Positions 1 to 13,500 of a stretch of DNA of 64,000 nucleotides are shown piece by piece. Position 1 is the stretch's first letter; every line of letters begins with the position of its first letter. The notes under the pieces were generated by a model. That model was given only the letters and a program-made list of their open reading frames with translations. It did not search any database and had not been told where the DNA came from. A program made the translations under genes and the position numbers. The stretch is from Monocercomonoides exilis PA203 (taxonomy: Eukaryota; Protista; Preaxostyla). Location of the stretch: contig LSRY02000033.1 in the NCBI GenBank assembly GCA_001643675.2, positions 620,001 to 684,000 on the forward strand, written 5' to 3'.

Positions 1-42
<42 letters not shown>

Positions 43-2975
43 TCATTCATTTTATTCTCTTCTGCTTCATCATTTCCTTGTTTCTCTGCTTCATTTGAGC
101 TTTTCTCATTCTTTCTCAATGAAAAATCACTGTTTTCCCCCTGAACTCCATTCGAGCTCACACGATACTCCATCTGTGGCGGATGAAGCGACTCAAACAG
201 AACGAAGAAGGCTCTCAAAAGCGACGGGAAAGAGAGCAGCGACCGCACACACCGCAGCGCTATCCATCTCTCTTGTAAGCTGGGTGAATATGTGTAGGCA
301 ACAATGCAGCAGAGCAAAGCTTCTGCCTCACAAGTAAGCAGGTCAGCAGCTTGCGTGATGAGGAGGAAACTCAGGTGGAAGACGTGGGACATCAGCAGCC
401 CTGTCTCCTTGCAGGAGTCCTTTGGCAGCCCAGTTGGGTTGAAGAGGCGCTGAAGAAGAGCCATCGTCGGGGGAACAGGCACAGACGCAGCAAAGGCAGA
501 GGAAGAGGACATGATAAGCTCGCCAGTCATGGCGAAGGCTGTTTCGAGGGAGTGGAGGGAGAGGAAGCGGCAGGAAGGGGCGATGGAGGCAGTGGACTCG
601 GCAGAGAGGATGGATGAGGAGGAGAGGATGTGGGAGACGGTGGGGAGCTGAGGGGGAGGGAGAAGAGACTGAGGGGGGAATTCTGTGAGGATGAAGGGGA
701 AGGGTACAGCGACGAGGGATTGTGAGGTGATCTGAGATGGAAGAGGAGAAGAGGAGGAGGAGGAGGAGGATAATGACAATGAAGAAGAAGAGGAGGAAGA
801 AGACGAGGAGGAAGAAGAAGAAGACAAATCAGGAGAGAAGAAAGAGGCCGAAGTGGAAGAGGTGGAGATGGTCTGGGAGGTGTTTGAGTCGTCAGCATTG
901 AATGTGCGCAGAGGGCGAGAGAGGAAGATGTCGCTGAGAGCAGCTGCAGTCAGTCGCCCGAAGAAAAGAGAGGACAGAGTGATGTGCGAAAACATCTGAT
1001 CTTCGTCGAACTGCGCATCAAGTGCCACGGGGGATATGCTGCGGAGACATGAGAGAGAAGAAGAGGAGGAAGAAGAAGAGGAGGAGGAGGAAGAAGAAGA
1101 AGAGGAGGAGGAAGAAGATGATGAAAAGGAAGGAGAAGAAGAAAAAGAAGCTCTTTTCTGTTTGAAAGATTCATCGTTGATAACAAGACATGATGATGCC
1201 TTTCCCCCCTTCGACACCAGATGGTACAGATTCAGCTGCGATGTCAGTCTTTCGAGTGGCTGCGGCGGAATCTGCAGAGGAGTCGAATTTCCATCATTCA
1301 TTGCACCTATTCCGATTCCAGTTGATGTTGATGAAACTGAAGATGATGCTGTTGATTGAGTCTGTGTCTGTGTCTGTGTTTGAGTGTTGTGTAGCTGCAT
1401 GTCTATCAGAATGGATGCTGTCTGCGCTGAAATGTCTGTCGAGGTCTGCTTCAGCCTCCGCCAGAAAGCAGGCGTGGTGCCGAGGCAGCTGAGCAAAAGA
1501 GGAGCTAGCTTTGTCTGCAGAAGCGCTACGAGATGCCGCCGGATGGGCGAGGAGCGAACAGCAGCAATGAAAGGAGGGGTGATGAAGCTCCGAAGAAGGT
1601 CCCAGCCGATGCTGCCTTTGAAGGGGGGTGCCTGGAAGAAGGGAGACAGGAACACAGGCGTGGAGGAGGAGGAGGAGGAGGAAAAAAGCATCGCTGCAAA
1701 GGCAAGCGGGTTGCTTGGAGAAGACTGAGAGACTGACTGTCTTCGGGTGATTTCCGAGCTTCCGCTGCCTCCTCCACCTCCGCCTCCGCCTCCGCTGCTG
1801 CCGTTACTTCCAGTCATAAGCGGGTACTTTCCAGCACACAGAAGATCCAGGATTTCAGACAGGAGGATGGCGCAGTTGCAGCCGGCGTCGCTGGCTGGAG
1901 AAGACGCAACGATTGGAACGGGCGATGGCGATGGCGGAACGTATGACTCTGTCTGCTGCTTGGAAATAGAAACAGATGGTGAAGATGAAGAGGAAGATGA
2001 GGTTGTGGCATTTTGGGAAGAGCTGGCTTTGACTGCAGCAGGCTGCGAAAGAGCAGCAGGAGTCGGAGGTGGTGACTGGAAAAGAGGAGACTGTTGAGGC
2101 GGTGGTGGCTGTGGTGTCAGTGGAGCAGTCGGAGTCGTTGGAGGTGGAGGCGGTGGGGGAGAAGGAAAAGGAACGAACGAGAGTGTCTGAGAAATGAAAG
2201 TATCTCTGACAAAGAGAACAGCCTTTTCCACAGTGGCTAATGCAGACGAGCTCACTTTTGATTGCTTGTGTGCAAGAAGTCTGAATGGGACCGCTAAAAT
2301 CTTAATCAACGTACTTCCACTCAGTTTGTTTGGAGGAGTAATGCATCTCCCACAAATGCTTATAACTTGTTGTAAAATGCTTTCATCAGTCGATTTATCT
2401 CTGTGAATAATACAAAAAAAATTAAGTTTTGAAACGCTTAATAAGTTCAATACCTCGCAAGCCCTTCGAGAACGGAACTTAAATTTGTGGAAATTTGATC
2501 CTAAAATTGATAACGTTTCTCAAAAAGATATGTTAAAAGCATAAACATACGTCAAGAAGAACTCCATTTTCCACAAAGCGAAAAAATGCATCTAAGCATG
2601 ATACAATTATCGTTTTTCTTTCTGTACTAATGAAGTCAATTAAGAGTTTAAACAAGTTGTCGTCTTTCTGAAGTTCTAAGACAAAGTCAAAAGGCGTAAA
2701 TAAGTATTTCAATAAAAAATTATTTTCAATTAAAACACCTGCAATAACAAATATGTTTTGTTTATGTGATAGCGATGAAAGAGTTATCATAGATACTTGT
2801 AATCTCTTTTTTCATATTGTAAATATCATTTATTTAATAGAAATTATTCTTGAAAAAAAGAAATACAAACATCTTTCAAGTGCTGCTGTTTCTTCTTTAG
2901 CTCAGGAGAAATTTTCATCAAACAATTAATTAATTGTTGCGCAAGGTTTTGCGCATTGATGTCTTGTACGTCCAT
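1..2975 (-). CDS. MON2: MON2-like (DCB/HUS, Sec7-N-like) Golgi/endosome trafficking protein; multi-exon, 3' end beyond the window edge
   Basis: Manual translation (the long exon is missing from the ORF track because it has no stop in the window). ATG at 2975 gives MDVQDINAQNLAQQLINCLMKISPELKKKQQHLKD, followed by IIVSCLDAFFRFVENG, DESILQQVISICGRCIT, GSTLIKILAVPFRLLAHKQSKVSSSALATVEKAV and LLITQAADLLTCEAEALLCCIV...ERWIALRCVRSLLSFPSLLRAFF. These match successive Mon2 DCB/HUS motifs. The long exon is open from ~2401 to 1; early intron boundaries are uncertain. Confidence 0.72.
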
Positions 2976-3212
2976 AATTGAAAATCTATTTGAAGTTTGT
3001 ATCTTTCACCGTAATTGCAATTTGTATAATCTAATAAACTTTCTGAAAGCTATTAAATTGCTAAAAATGATACACAAATTAATTGTTCTTTTTATTTTCT
3101 CGTGACAAAAATATCCACACTTTTTTGTTGATCAATTTGATCGATAATCTTTATAACAAATAATATAAAACCAGATCTGATACAAATTGTTTATTGCTGT
3201 GATAATTATTTA

Positions 3213-4586
3213 ATGGAAACAAAAGGCATAGCAACGACAGTTTCAATTGATTCATTCGGCAGAAAATGTGTTGTTGGTGAGAAAGATGGACGCATTGAAT
3301 GCTTTTTGATATCTCAAGATGGTAAACTTCAGTTTCACTCTGAAACAAATGGGTTTGCTTTTTTAAGAAATACTGTTGTTTTCTCATTGCCGTTATTTTT
3401 TATGATTTTAATCAACGATTATTCATGTTGCATTTGATTCATTCATTTCAAATTTAAAAAAAAAAGACATGAAGGTGCTATTTGGACAATAGCATGGCTT
3501 CCCCCTTCATTTGGACAGCATTTTATCAGGTGCAACTCTTTTTTATTTATTTTATTGATGACCGATAATTTTTGTTTTTTTGCAGCGGTGGATATGATGG
3601 ATTTGTTAGGCTTTGGCGTCTATCTTCGGGCCAACGGAAAATTGAATGCCTTGGCTCAAAAAAGTTGGGAAGCTCGGGTACGTGTATTTTTTATAATCAG
3701 ATTATCAATTAAATTGTACTTATGCTTTTAGTGAATCAGATCTCAATAACAAGTTTGCAAAGTCATGTGCAAGAAAGTGCGTCAGCATCTAATCTGCCCG
3801 AGCAAAAGGCATTAGTTGCTTGCGCGCTATCCAATGGAACAGTTTCTATTCTTGATGCTTTGACTTTTGAAGAAGCAATATCAAATTCTTCTTCGTCTTC
3901 TTCGATTTCTCAATTGTCGATGATACATCCTTCTGGAAGCACAGCTGTAGGATGGCAGTGTCAATGGTTTGCGAATTCGCTTTTCAAAAAATGGTGTTGT
4001 ATTGATATTATTTTTTTTTTAATACTTCAGTTGTACAGCATGTTCATCAAAGTGCGAAAAATCATTTCCATTACTTGTAAGTGGAGGAGCTGATGGCTCT
4101 ATCGTTCTCCACTTTTTAGCAGAGACTGCTGAAAACAAACTATCTCTAAGTTCTTCAACAACTCTTGAAGCATCTCACAAGGGATCTGTCTCCTCTATCT
4201 CTTTTGCTCCTTCATCATCACTATCATCTTCTTCAACATCTTCTTCTTCTGCTGAAGACACCAAAATTACTCCAAGAATTCGCTTTGCATCGGCGTCTGA
4301 GGACGGCACAGTCAAAATTCACACACACCCGGCTCCGCTTTCGCAGGAGCATTTGTGCAAAGATTGGGATGTTGCAGAAATAGCGACGCGTTCGCCAGCC
4401 TTCAAAGTGCGTTTTTGCGAGAGTGAAAGGCAGGTGCTTGTGGCAGCAGGAACAGACAGCGACAGCGTGTGGGAGGAGACAGAAACCGGAAAGTGGGTGA
4501 GATTCACAGCAATAAAAGCTTCTGAAGAGAAAGGGGAAGACCAGAAAGTGGAAGAAAGCGAAAAGGCTAAGGAGGTGCTGGCATAA
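3213..4586 (+). CDS. SEC13/SEH1-family WD40 protein (about 4 short introns)
   Basis: Spliced translation includes IDSFGRKCVVGEKDGRI, HEGAIWTIAWLPPSFGQHFISGGYDGFVRLW, LVSGGADG, HKGSVSSISFAP, FASASEDGTVKI and VWEETETGKW, in Sec13/Seh1 blade order. GT..AG introns near 3352-3466, 3530-3585, 3677-3730 and 3994-4030. Confidence 0.78.
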
Positions 4587-5022
4587 GGGAATGGCTCGCG
4601 TGTGAAGGCTCAACTCCCTTGTTATCTTTTTTATTTTTCTCATGTTCATCTCACAAAAAAGTTTTTGAAAGTTTTATCGTTTTTCGAGTATTTGAATATT
4701 TTTTGAATGGCAGAAATGCATTTTGGATGCCGGCATCAGAGCATTGATTGCGTCGCGAAGTCGGCTAATTTTTTGAAAGATTGGAGAAGGATGAAAATAT
4801 TTATGAGCTGAAATGTTCAACTCAAAAAAATCACTCTCTTTTGATGAGCTGTCATTTTTCTGTTTAGAAACTGGTTTTTGCTTTGGAACACCAACCTTGC
4901 TAATAAAAGACACAACAAACGAGTGCTTCAGAGAATCGAGTTCGAAAGTTCAAATAAGATCAAAATGTCCAATTATTAATTAATAAATTCTAAGTTTAAC
5001 TGTTTTTTAAGTGATAAGGGCG

Positions 5023-6570
5023 ATGCTGCGGCAAAGACCGGTAAATCACCATCAAACCTTTAAAAAGAAACGATTTGAAAATGAAAAGCCGATGAAGATA
5101 AGCGGTTTGGCTTTGCTTGATATTTTTGGAATGATGATTTTCTGGTGAAACAGATTATGTTGACAGCATCCACGGCTCTTCAAACGAAGAGCTGCACCAA
5201 ACCTTGTTGTTTTTCGAAAAATATGTTCGGTGCCGAAACTGCAGCGATTATGTGAGAGACCTTCCGCAGACGTTTTTTGTGAATTTTGTTGGCTTATTTG
5301 GGGGGTTACGAAGTGCAGACGAGTGCCTGGCGCTTGACATTATTTACACTTTGGTTAATAAGGCGATAAAAGCAAAATATGAAGAAAGCCACGAAATAGA
5401 AACGCGACTGCATAATGCTTATGGATCATCCTCATTTATTTCGTTGATTGAGCACACGCAAGAATTCGAAAGCAAAAACAAGTTGATTATGATTTATTTG
5501 TTTGCACATCCGCAATACTTGAAAGATGCAATGAAAGATAAATCCATTTGGGATAGCTATATGACACTCCTTCGCCATGAAATTAACACCGAATCAAAAG
5601 ATTTCGAAACACACATTTTGCCAATAACGACGCACGATATTTATGGTGTGATTTTTATTTTTTGTGGAAAAAAATGTTTTGCAATTTTATCTTTGCTTAT
5701 TTTTTATTTTTTTTAAATTTTGAAGTTTATCCACCTCATGATGACAATTTTCAACTTATTTCGGATCTTATATCTTTGCTAAGCAAGGCTGTGTGTAAGA
5801 ATCCCTTTTTTTCATGTAAATGCATGGATGAGTTATATCAGTACGTTTCGCGGGTGAATAGGGGTGAGCGGCTGAGTGGTGCTTTTGCAGAATGCTGCAC
5901 AATTTTGATGGAGAAGACAATATGCTGTTTTACGCAAAAGCCATTTGACTTCTTTGAGCGAAAGAGTCAGAAAAGCCAACAAGAAATGTGTGTGGAAAAG
6001 GACAAAAAACTGCTGTCAATCTTTGATGACTTTACGCCAATTAGTCGGCGTTCAGTCACCTCCGAGCATGTTGATTTGTTCAAGCGGATGGTATTCGCAG
6101 TTAAACATCTTATTAATGATTTGAATGTCAAAGTTGATATTCCTCATATGAAATGTGTAACATTATTGCTGAAATGGTTTCTCGAAAATGTTCAAATCAG
6201 ATCGCTTGACTATAACATCAATTTTGTGACGCGTCATTGGGGTGTGAGCTATAATGGCCCAAGTGTGATTGATGTCCTTCCTATTTATGTCGAAATAAGT
6301 TGCAATCTCGTCATGAAAGCAACAGACAACGACAACGTGAGTAGATCGTTCAGAACAATGGCAGACTTAATCAATAAATGTTTGGACGATTGCAAAGTTG
6401 AAAGCCAAGAAACGTTTTTTATTGATAATTCAGATGCACACAGATCTGCGATTGTTTTGCTTAGTGCTTTGGAGGAGAATGGATTGGAAGATCTTTGCGA
6501 TTCTCATCCGACCAATTTAACAAATAGTGAACTGCGTTCTTTTTACTGGGTATTTACGAAAAATTTTTAG
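5023..6570 (+). CDS. Hypothetical protein, 3 exons (~472 aa), copy 1
   Basis: ATG 5023; GT-AG introns 5105-5153 and 5646-5725 join ORFs 5204 and 5662 in frame; C-terminus contains ALEENGLEDLCDSH. No recognised domain. Confidence 0.65.
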
Positions 6571-7661
6571 CAAATAATATGTATATATCATTTTTGTTTT
6601 AGTATTTTGATGAAAAGTTGATTGCAATGGCGGATGGGAAAATTTTTTTGATTGATTGAGCTTATATTTTAACAGAGCATTGCTATTTTAAAGTGTGCAA
6701 GTTTCAAAGTCTTCCGTTTCAATTTGAACATGCATGTCCTTTTTTTTAACATCCTTTTTTTTTTCATTGAGTTTTCTTTTCTTTTTCTTTCTTTCTTTAT
6801 TTATTTATTTTTTCTTCCTTTGTCTCTGTTTGTATTTTGCTCCATTGTTTCTTTATGTAAAGATCAAATGGTTTTTATTTGTTTAATCAAAATTTATTCA
6901 TCATTTGTTTCAACACCCAATTTTTGTTGATAGTTTTTGAATCCTTGAAATTTTTATCCACTTCACTTTTTTACAACTTGTACCTCAAATCAAAAGATTT
7001 TCAACTCTTTTTCAATCAACTTCAGCCACATTATTTTTTGAACAAAAAGATGAAGGTAAATATTGTGAGCAACAAGCCAGGAAATTAAAAAAGAAAAAAA
7101 AAAGAAAAAGACACAAGGATTTGAATCCAACATAAGAAAGTGTTTCAACAATGAGCTCAAACAATTATCTCTGCATTCAAAAAAGGGAAATAACAAAACA
7201 ATGTGGATATGATTTTTCACCTGAAAAATGGTCATTCAAGTTCAATAATTCTTCATTTTATAAAAAATGTGCTGTTAATTTATTTTTTTTTTCAAATAAT
7301 GAATTTGCATTCAATCTATTGATTGTCTTTGAATATGAAAATGAAACCGTCACATTCTTTGAGATCTGTTTCCTTCTTTGCAAAGAGATCGATAATATAC
7401 ATGCTGGGAAATCATTATTATTGGATTCTGCTGAAACACAGCAAAATCTTCTCCTGTCTGTGTGAAAAATTCCAAACGGAGAAAAAAATTTATCATGAAA
7501 AGAAACAAAACATAACCATCAAGAAAAACGTGCCAAGACAACCTCGACGTGACTAAAAATATCTGGCACTTGTGATTATTCATATAATCATTTGATGGTT
7601 GCAAATCTTTTCTTCAACCAGCAATTCAACAAAAATATCACAAAAAAATACAACAATCATT

Positions 7662-10300
7662 TTACAGTTTTTTGTAAAAGAATCGGGCTTGGGGACATCC
7701 TCTGGCAATCCCTTGCGTTTTCTGATTGCTCTAACAGTGGAATAGCATCGCGAACCAACCTCATACGCTGTTCCTTGCACAAGTTGCCAATGGTCGAATA
7801 CGCACTGCGGAAACGCTTGCCCAGAGGTGTGCGAGCGCAGATCAGCTGTAAATCCAAACGACTCAGAGACAGGCAGGAATGCTTTGACATTCACCAGAGG
7901 CGTGCCCATTCTTGGCTCTTCACACACAACCTGCCCTCTTCTCTTGTTTAAGCATGTGTAGACCCCACCAACAGCATCTCTTGGGGCAGTAATGTCTGCA
8001 GCAAACATAGGCTCAAGAAGAGTTGGCTGCGCATACAACTCCGAAGCATACAGACATGATCTGATCGGCTGGACCATCTCAGATGCTCCTCTATGAATAG
8101 AATCTGGATGAAGCAGCACGTCCAACACATTGAAGCGCACCCCCCGCATTGTCTCATTGCACTGCGGCCCATTCATCGTGGCCCACGAAAACGTTTGCTC
8201 AAAATAGCCCTTCACTTCATCCAAATACTGCACTGCTTTTGTCTTGTCGACAATCACATTGGCGCCTTTTTCATCTGGCCCAAAGCACCAAATCCTTCGA
8301 GAATCTGCTGGATCCCAGTTGTATTTCGTTACAAGATCTTTCCCCATTTCCTTTGCATCGCTGTTGGGTCCGTAGTTCCCTCTCTCTATCTCTTCAACAA
8401 GCTCGTCATCCAAAGGCTCGGCTTCCATAAACACTCGGTTATGATTATTTGGCGATTTTGCCAACGAAATCGTGCTTGATTTCTCTTGGATTGTTTCACA
8501 ATACTGCACAACCGGATCGCTAACCTTTATCTTTGTGCCACCCATGAAATCATCCTGCAAGTCCTTCAGGCATATTTCCAGATGCAGCTCACCTGCTCCT
8601 GCAATAATGTGCTCGCCAGAGCCTGATGTCGAAACAACGCACAGCTGATCAGACTTTGCCAGGCGCTTCAGGCCTTCCACCAACAACGGCAGATCGCTCA
8701 TTTCCTTCGGCTCGACAGCAACACGCACAACCGGCGAAACAGAGAACTTCATCGAGGCGATATTGTAAGCATCATCAAAATCCGTGATGGTTCCAGATTT
8801 GGTCAGATATTGATCGATCCCAGCAAGGCAGACAGTGTTTCCACAAGGAACATCTTCCACTGGCTCAAACTTCCTGCCCATAAACAGAACACAATGTTGG
8901 ATGTTCTTAATAAACAAGTCCCCTTTCTTTCCGTGCACAAAGTTTGCCCCTTGAATTCTAACCTTCATTCCAGTTCTAACAGTCCCTGAGAAGACTCGTC
9001 CAAAAGCATAGAAATGTGTCTTATCCGCAGGCACCATCTTTGAAATATAAAGCATCAACGGTCCGTCTGGATTGCAGTCACGAATAGCAATAGCAGCAGC
9101 ATCATCCATTGGGCCCGTGTACAAATTTTCGACTCTGTATTTCTGTGACTGGACTGGCGACGGCAAGTTCAAGATGACAGTTTCCAGAAGCGCATCAGCT
9201 GCCGGCATCCAGTTCTGCATCACTGCCTTCAACAATTTTCTTTCCGTGAAAGTCTCTTGTTCTTTTGTAAGATGGATCTTCATTTGAGTCATAACTATGT
9301 TCAGCCTTTCTGTGTTCTTTGTCATGACTGCATCAAACACTTGGTACAATGGATCCAAGATAAATTGCACAAAGCCGCGCTTCAACTTTTTGCCATCTGC
9401 ATCTGTGTCTGTTTCTTGCCACTTCTTCGTTGCGGGGTTGAAAAACCAATCTCCCCAGAGTTTCTTCACAAGATCTGCTTCTGGCGTCTGAAATTTCGCT
9501 GAATAGAATTCCGCAAATCGCCGAAGAGTAAAGCCAAACTGATGAAGGCCCGATCCGAACACAACTGTTCCTGTTACAGGATTTGCTTCTATGTCACCCA
9601 ATTTGCCGTCATCATACATTGCAATCAATACGTTGATATCTTCAATCGTTCTCAGGAATCTTTGATATGCCTCTTCTGGATCCAATTTTAATTCAAGAAT
9701 CACTCTGTCAATTTTATTCATCATAAGAACAGGCACCACACGCTCTGCAAGCGCCTGTCGCAATACTGTTTCAGTCTGAACGCAAACGCCTTCAACTGAA
9801 TCGACGACAACAATTGCTCCATCGGTCACGCGAATAGCAGCTGACACCTCACTGGAAAAGTCAACGTGACCTGGTGAGTCAATCACATTTATAAGGTAAC
9901 CGTCTCTTTTTTCTGATCCGGGAACTTGAAATTCGTAATACAAAGAAATTCCAGTCGATTTGATTGTTATGCCCCTTTGCTGTTCGTCTTTTCGGGTATC
10001 CAACGTTCTAGCATCGCCAGCCTGTTGTTGTCCAATGATTCCAGCCTTTTCGATAAGAGAATCAGTTAAGGTTGACTTTCCTGAATGAAATGTTCAGCAA
10101 ATTCAGATCAAAAACAAATGCATTCGCAAATTGCAAATGTTTTTTTTTATTTTTAAAAAAAATCACACAAAAATCATAAGGTCAAGGATAAATTTATAAG
10201 AAAACTCACCATGATCAACATGAGCAATCACAGACATATTTCTGATGTTGTTACGGTTTCCCATGTGTTCTCTCAATTGAGTGACAGTAAAGTTCACCAT
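7662..10300 (-). CDS. EEF2: Translation elongation factor 2, copy 1 (1-nt homopolymer deletion just before the stop)
   Basis: Exon 1 (10300-10210) [31 protein letters not shown], intron 10209-10081, then [40 protein letters not shown]6 run near 7668 versus A7 in copy 2 shifts the end from KKL* to a 27-aa longer tail. Confidence 0.93.
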
Positions 10301-10764
10301 TCCAAAATTAAAATTTCAATGATTGCTCAAAAATGCGAGCAAAAGATTTATCGATGCTTCAACTTTTTTCAAAAAATGTTCTTTCAAGTTCCTATCATCT
10401 TAATTAAGTCCAGTGAAAATGATATGGGACAGCTTTGGTTATGAAATTTTATTGAGTTTTGCATATTGTCATATAGCACTCTGCTATAAGTTGTGATCAC
10501 ATCAATATGAATTGTTCAAAACCTTTTCGTTCAACTCACTCATATTATGTATTTTTAATCACTTTTGAACTATTCATTTCTTTGAGCATTGAGAAGAAAA
10601 TGAGCTTGATATGAAAAATTATTGATATATTTCAAATGACAAATAAAAAGACTTTTTCAATTTGAAATGTCTTCTGTTTTATTTTTTAAATATTTTAAAT
10701 ATCATTCTTTTTATGAATTACACTATTTACACCAAAAATAATTACATTTCGAAAAAGAATATAT

Positions 10765-11019
10765 GGGTGAATATTTTTGAAATCATAACTTTTTCGGAGT
10801 GTTTATTTTTCAAAGGTTGTTTGTCAATGAATAGAGATTTTGTATTTTTATTACAAATTTCATCAAAACCATTTCAAAAACAAATGTAAAAGCCAAAATA
10901 AAAATGAAGACATCTTTGATTAGTAAAATCACTTTTCAGTATTCTTTTGTGAATGTTCAAGTGAAATTTAACAATCGAAATTTAAAAATGAAATAATATG
11001 ATATCAAAAATAATCACCC
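10765..11019. mobile_element. ~255-bp MITE with TIR GGGTGA(T/A)TATTTTTGA(A/T)ATCATA (mirror copy 17927-18182)
   Basis: gggtgaatatttttgaaatcata at 10765 and tatgatatcaaaaataatcaccc ending 11019; flanked by ATAT on both sides; non-coding. Confidence 0.65.
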
Positions 11020-12139
11020 ATATCGATTTCGAAGTGATAGAATTTTTTAACGTGTTTAATGAATAGTTTGTGATGTGAGATTTGCACACTCCTTTTTTTT
11101 TTTAATATCAGGGAAAAAAAATTTTTTTTTAATTTTGCAAATAGATGATTTTTCAAAAAGAGAATTGCAATTTTAAAATTTACATTCTTTTATTCTTTGT
11201 TTATCCGAAAATGAAAGAAATTGATTGTACGGGTGATTATTGATGCTTATCTTATTTTCATCAAAGAAACATTTTAAACATATGAACCTGAAAAAACATT
11301 TTTTTTCCTTTTTCAAAAGGTGGTTGAACAATGATCGATTTCCGATCGATTATTTTTTGTTGAGTAAATGCAATTTTTAAATTCAACAGCAGAGTGATCA
11401 TTTTTAGATGAATAAAAATCTTTGAAAAATAGACTTATTTTTTCGTTTCACGGGATGTTCTTGAATCATAGTATGTTTCTTATTGAATAATAAAAATTCC
11501 AGATTTGAATAATTAATGATGCATTAGATAAATTGTGAAATAAATAGGTTATTTCAAATTAATTGTGTCATTACAAATTTCAGTGACGAATTAAAAATAA
11601 CCCCAGTTATTTTGATAACACAGAGAAAAACTTGAATCAACTGGATGTTTTTTAAAAGCATTGAATAGAAATATTTTTGATAGAAATATGGTTGTGGTCA
11701 TGCTCGAATATGTTTTTGTTTGAAAATTTTGATTGCAAAAATTCGAAGATTTTCATTTTGGGTTTAAAAATTTATTTGAGTAATCTCTGTTTATCATATC
11801 CAAAGGTTTTTAAAATTGTATTTTCTTAAGCAGAAAGATTTAATGTCTCCAATTTCACTATTTGTGTGAGTTTAATTTTGAGAAAAATCTTGAATTGTTT
11901 CACTTTATGTTTTGAGATATATTTTAATATTATTTGAATCGAAATTGCAAAATGATGAACAATTTAAAAATAAATTTAAAAATTACACTAGAATCGAAAC
12001 TCTGTCGTTTCATACACTGAATCGTTGATCACATTTTGTGGAATGTCAGCGTTTGATCGATTGAAGATTTTTCTCACTCATTTCCTTTCTGTATCCGCTC
12101 TCATGTTTGTTTACCTTATTTTCTTTCGCTCTATCTCCT

Positions 12140-13500
12140 TTATTGAAGAAAATGCAATTTCTTTATAAAAAATGTCACATCTTCTTCAGTCAAACAGTGG
12201 GAATCGATAACAATGTTTGTCAACCAACTAGCAATCTTTGCATCCGTTGAGAGATTTTTTCTTCCTCCTGTATATTTATCTGAAAATAGAAGCCATAGCC
12301 TTTTCATCCTTCCAAAGAACCACTCAACAGAAATTCTATTTTTATCCAATAAAGCATTAAATGTTTTGATTTTTTATTCCACTTTTCCGGAAGACAATGA
12401 GGAGGAGAAAGCTGCTTGAGAAAACTAATTAATGTTAAGCAAAGAGTCATCTGTGTTTGTATGTGATGATACAGATAATGAGTCTGTAGATGACAATGTT
12501 AAAGGAGAAAAGGAAGAATAAAATGACGAAGAAGAAGAAAAAGAATGAGAAGAAGGAAAAGCATTCATTGAAGAAGAAATTTCAGACAAAGAAGGACAAG
12601 AATATAAATTTTGAGAATTAAATTTCGGAAACTTGTTTGTTGGGTAATTCTTTCGGATTGGTGTTGTTGTATTCAGTTCGGGAAAATAGCCTTGATATCA
12701 TTTATCGGCAAGAATAGCCCAGCTTTCGCTTTCATCATAAATACATCTTCCGTTTTTTTCTTTATCTGTTTTATTGAGAAACCCTATGTATCTTTTTCAT
12801 CCCTTGTCTAAAAAGAAACACATCATGAATTCCTCCTGCGATTGCGTCTGACATAAACAGCGCTTTGCATTGCGGCCATGCTAAAACGGCCACTTCAGAC
12901 TTCATTCAATAAACATTATGATGACCATCAAAAAGTTGCTTTGAGTCATCATATGCTATTGGTGGGCGAGGCACCTTTACTGTCGTAGCATCTACCAACA
13001 AAGTAACAGATGGAAAATCTCCACATGAGAAAAAAGGAGGCTTTTGAGGCTCATAAAAAAGGCTTCTCAAACCCGTGCAATAGATATGGGTTTATTTCAT
13101 CAAGGCAGTTAGACGCAATTGTGCTCGATATTTTCAAATCTTCAGTAATCTTTTTTATTGTGGTTCAACTTGAAAGCCATTCAAGATAGATAATTATCTG
13201 ATCGTGAACTGTTAGTGTCTTTCGTGGTTCCCTCTTTGGAACAGTACTCATATCAGATTTGACCAGATTGTTAAGTTCTATCAAATGAATTATTGGCAAA
13301 CAAAATTGTTCATCAGTGTTGTCATCAATTAATGATGAAAACAATTCACCAAACGATTCTTCTTCTTCCTCTTCTTTTTCAAGTGATTGAACTTCACTTT
13401 TTTCAATACGAGAAATCTGCATTTCCCTTCTTATTTGAAGTGTTCTAAAATCAGGACATTTTTTTGCTTTCCTTATCCTTTTTTCATTTTTCATTTTCAT
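12140..13500 (-). pseudogene. PIF/Harbinger-ISL2EU (IS5-like, DDE_Tnp_4) transposase pseudogene, copy 1
   Basis: Mirror of 15441-16802. Confidence 0.85.

Noticed and set aside
95-2406. Glu/Gly/Pro-rich + strand ORFs
   Set aside because: Antisense to the Ser-rich long exon of the MON2-like gene.
2921-2938. 18-bp perfect palindrome AACAATTAATTAATTGTT
   Set aside because: Low-complexity AT sequence inside a coding exon; plausible by chance.
7580-7661. 27-aa C-terminal extension of eEF-2 copy 1 as a distinct isoform
   Set aside because: It comes from a 1-nt difference in an A-run; most arm differences are homopolymer indels, consistent with sequencing error.
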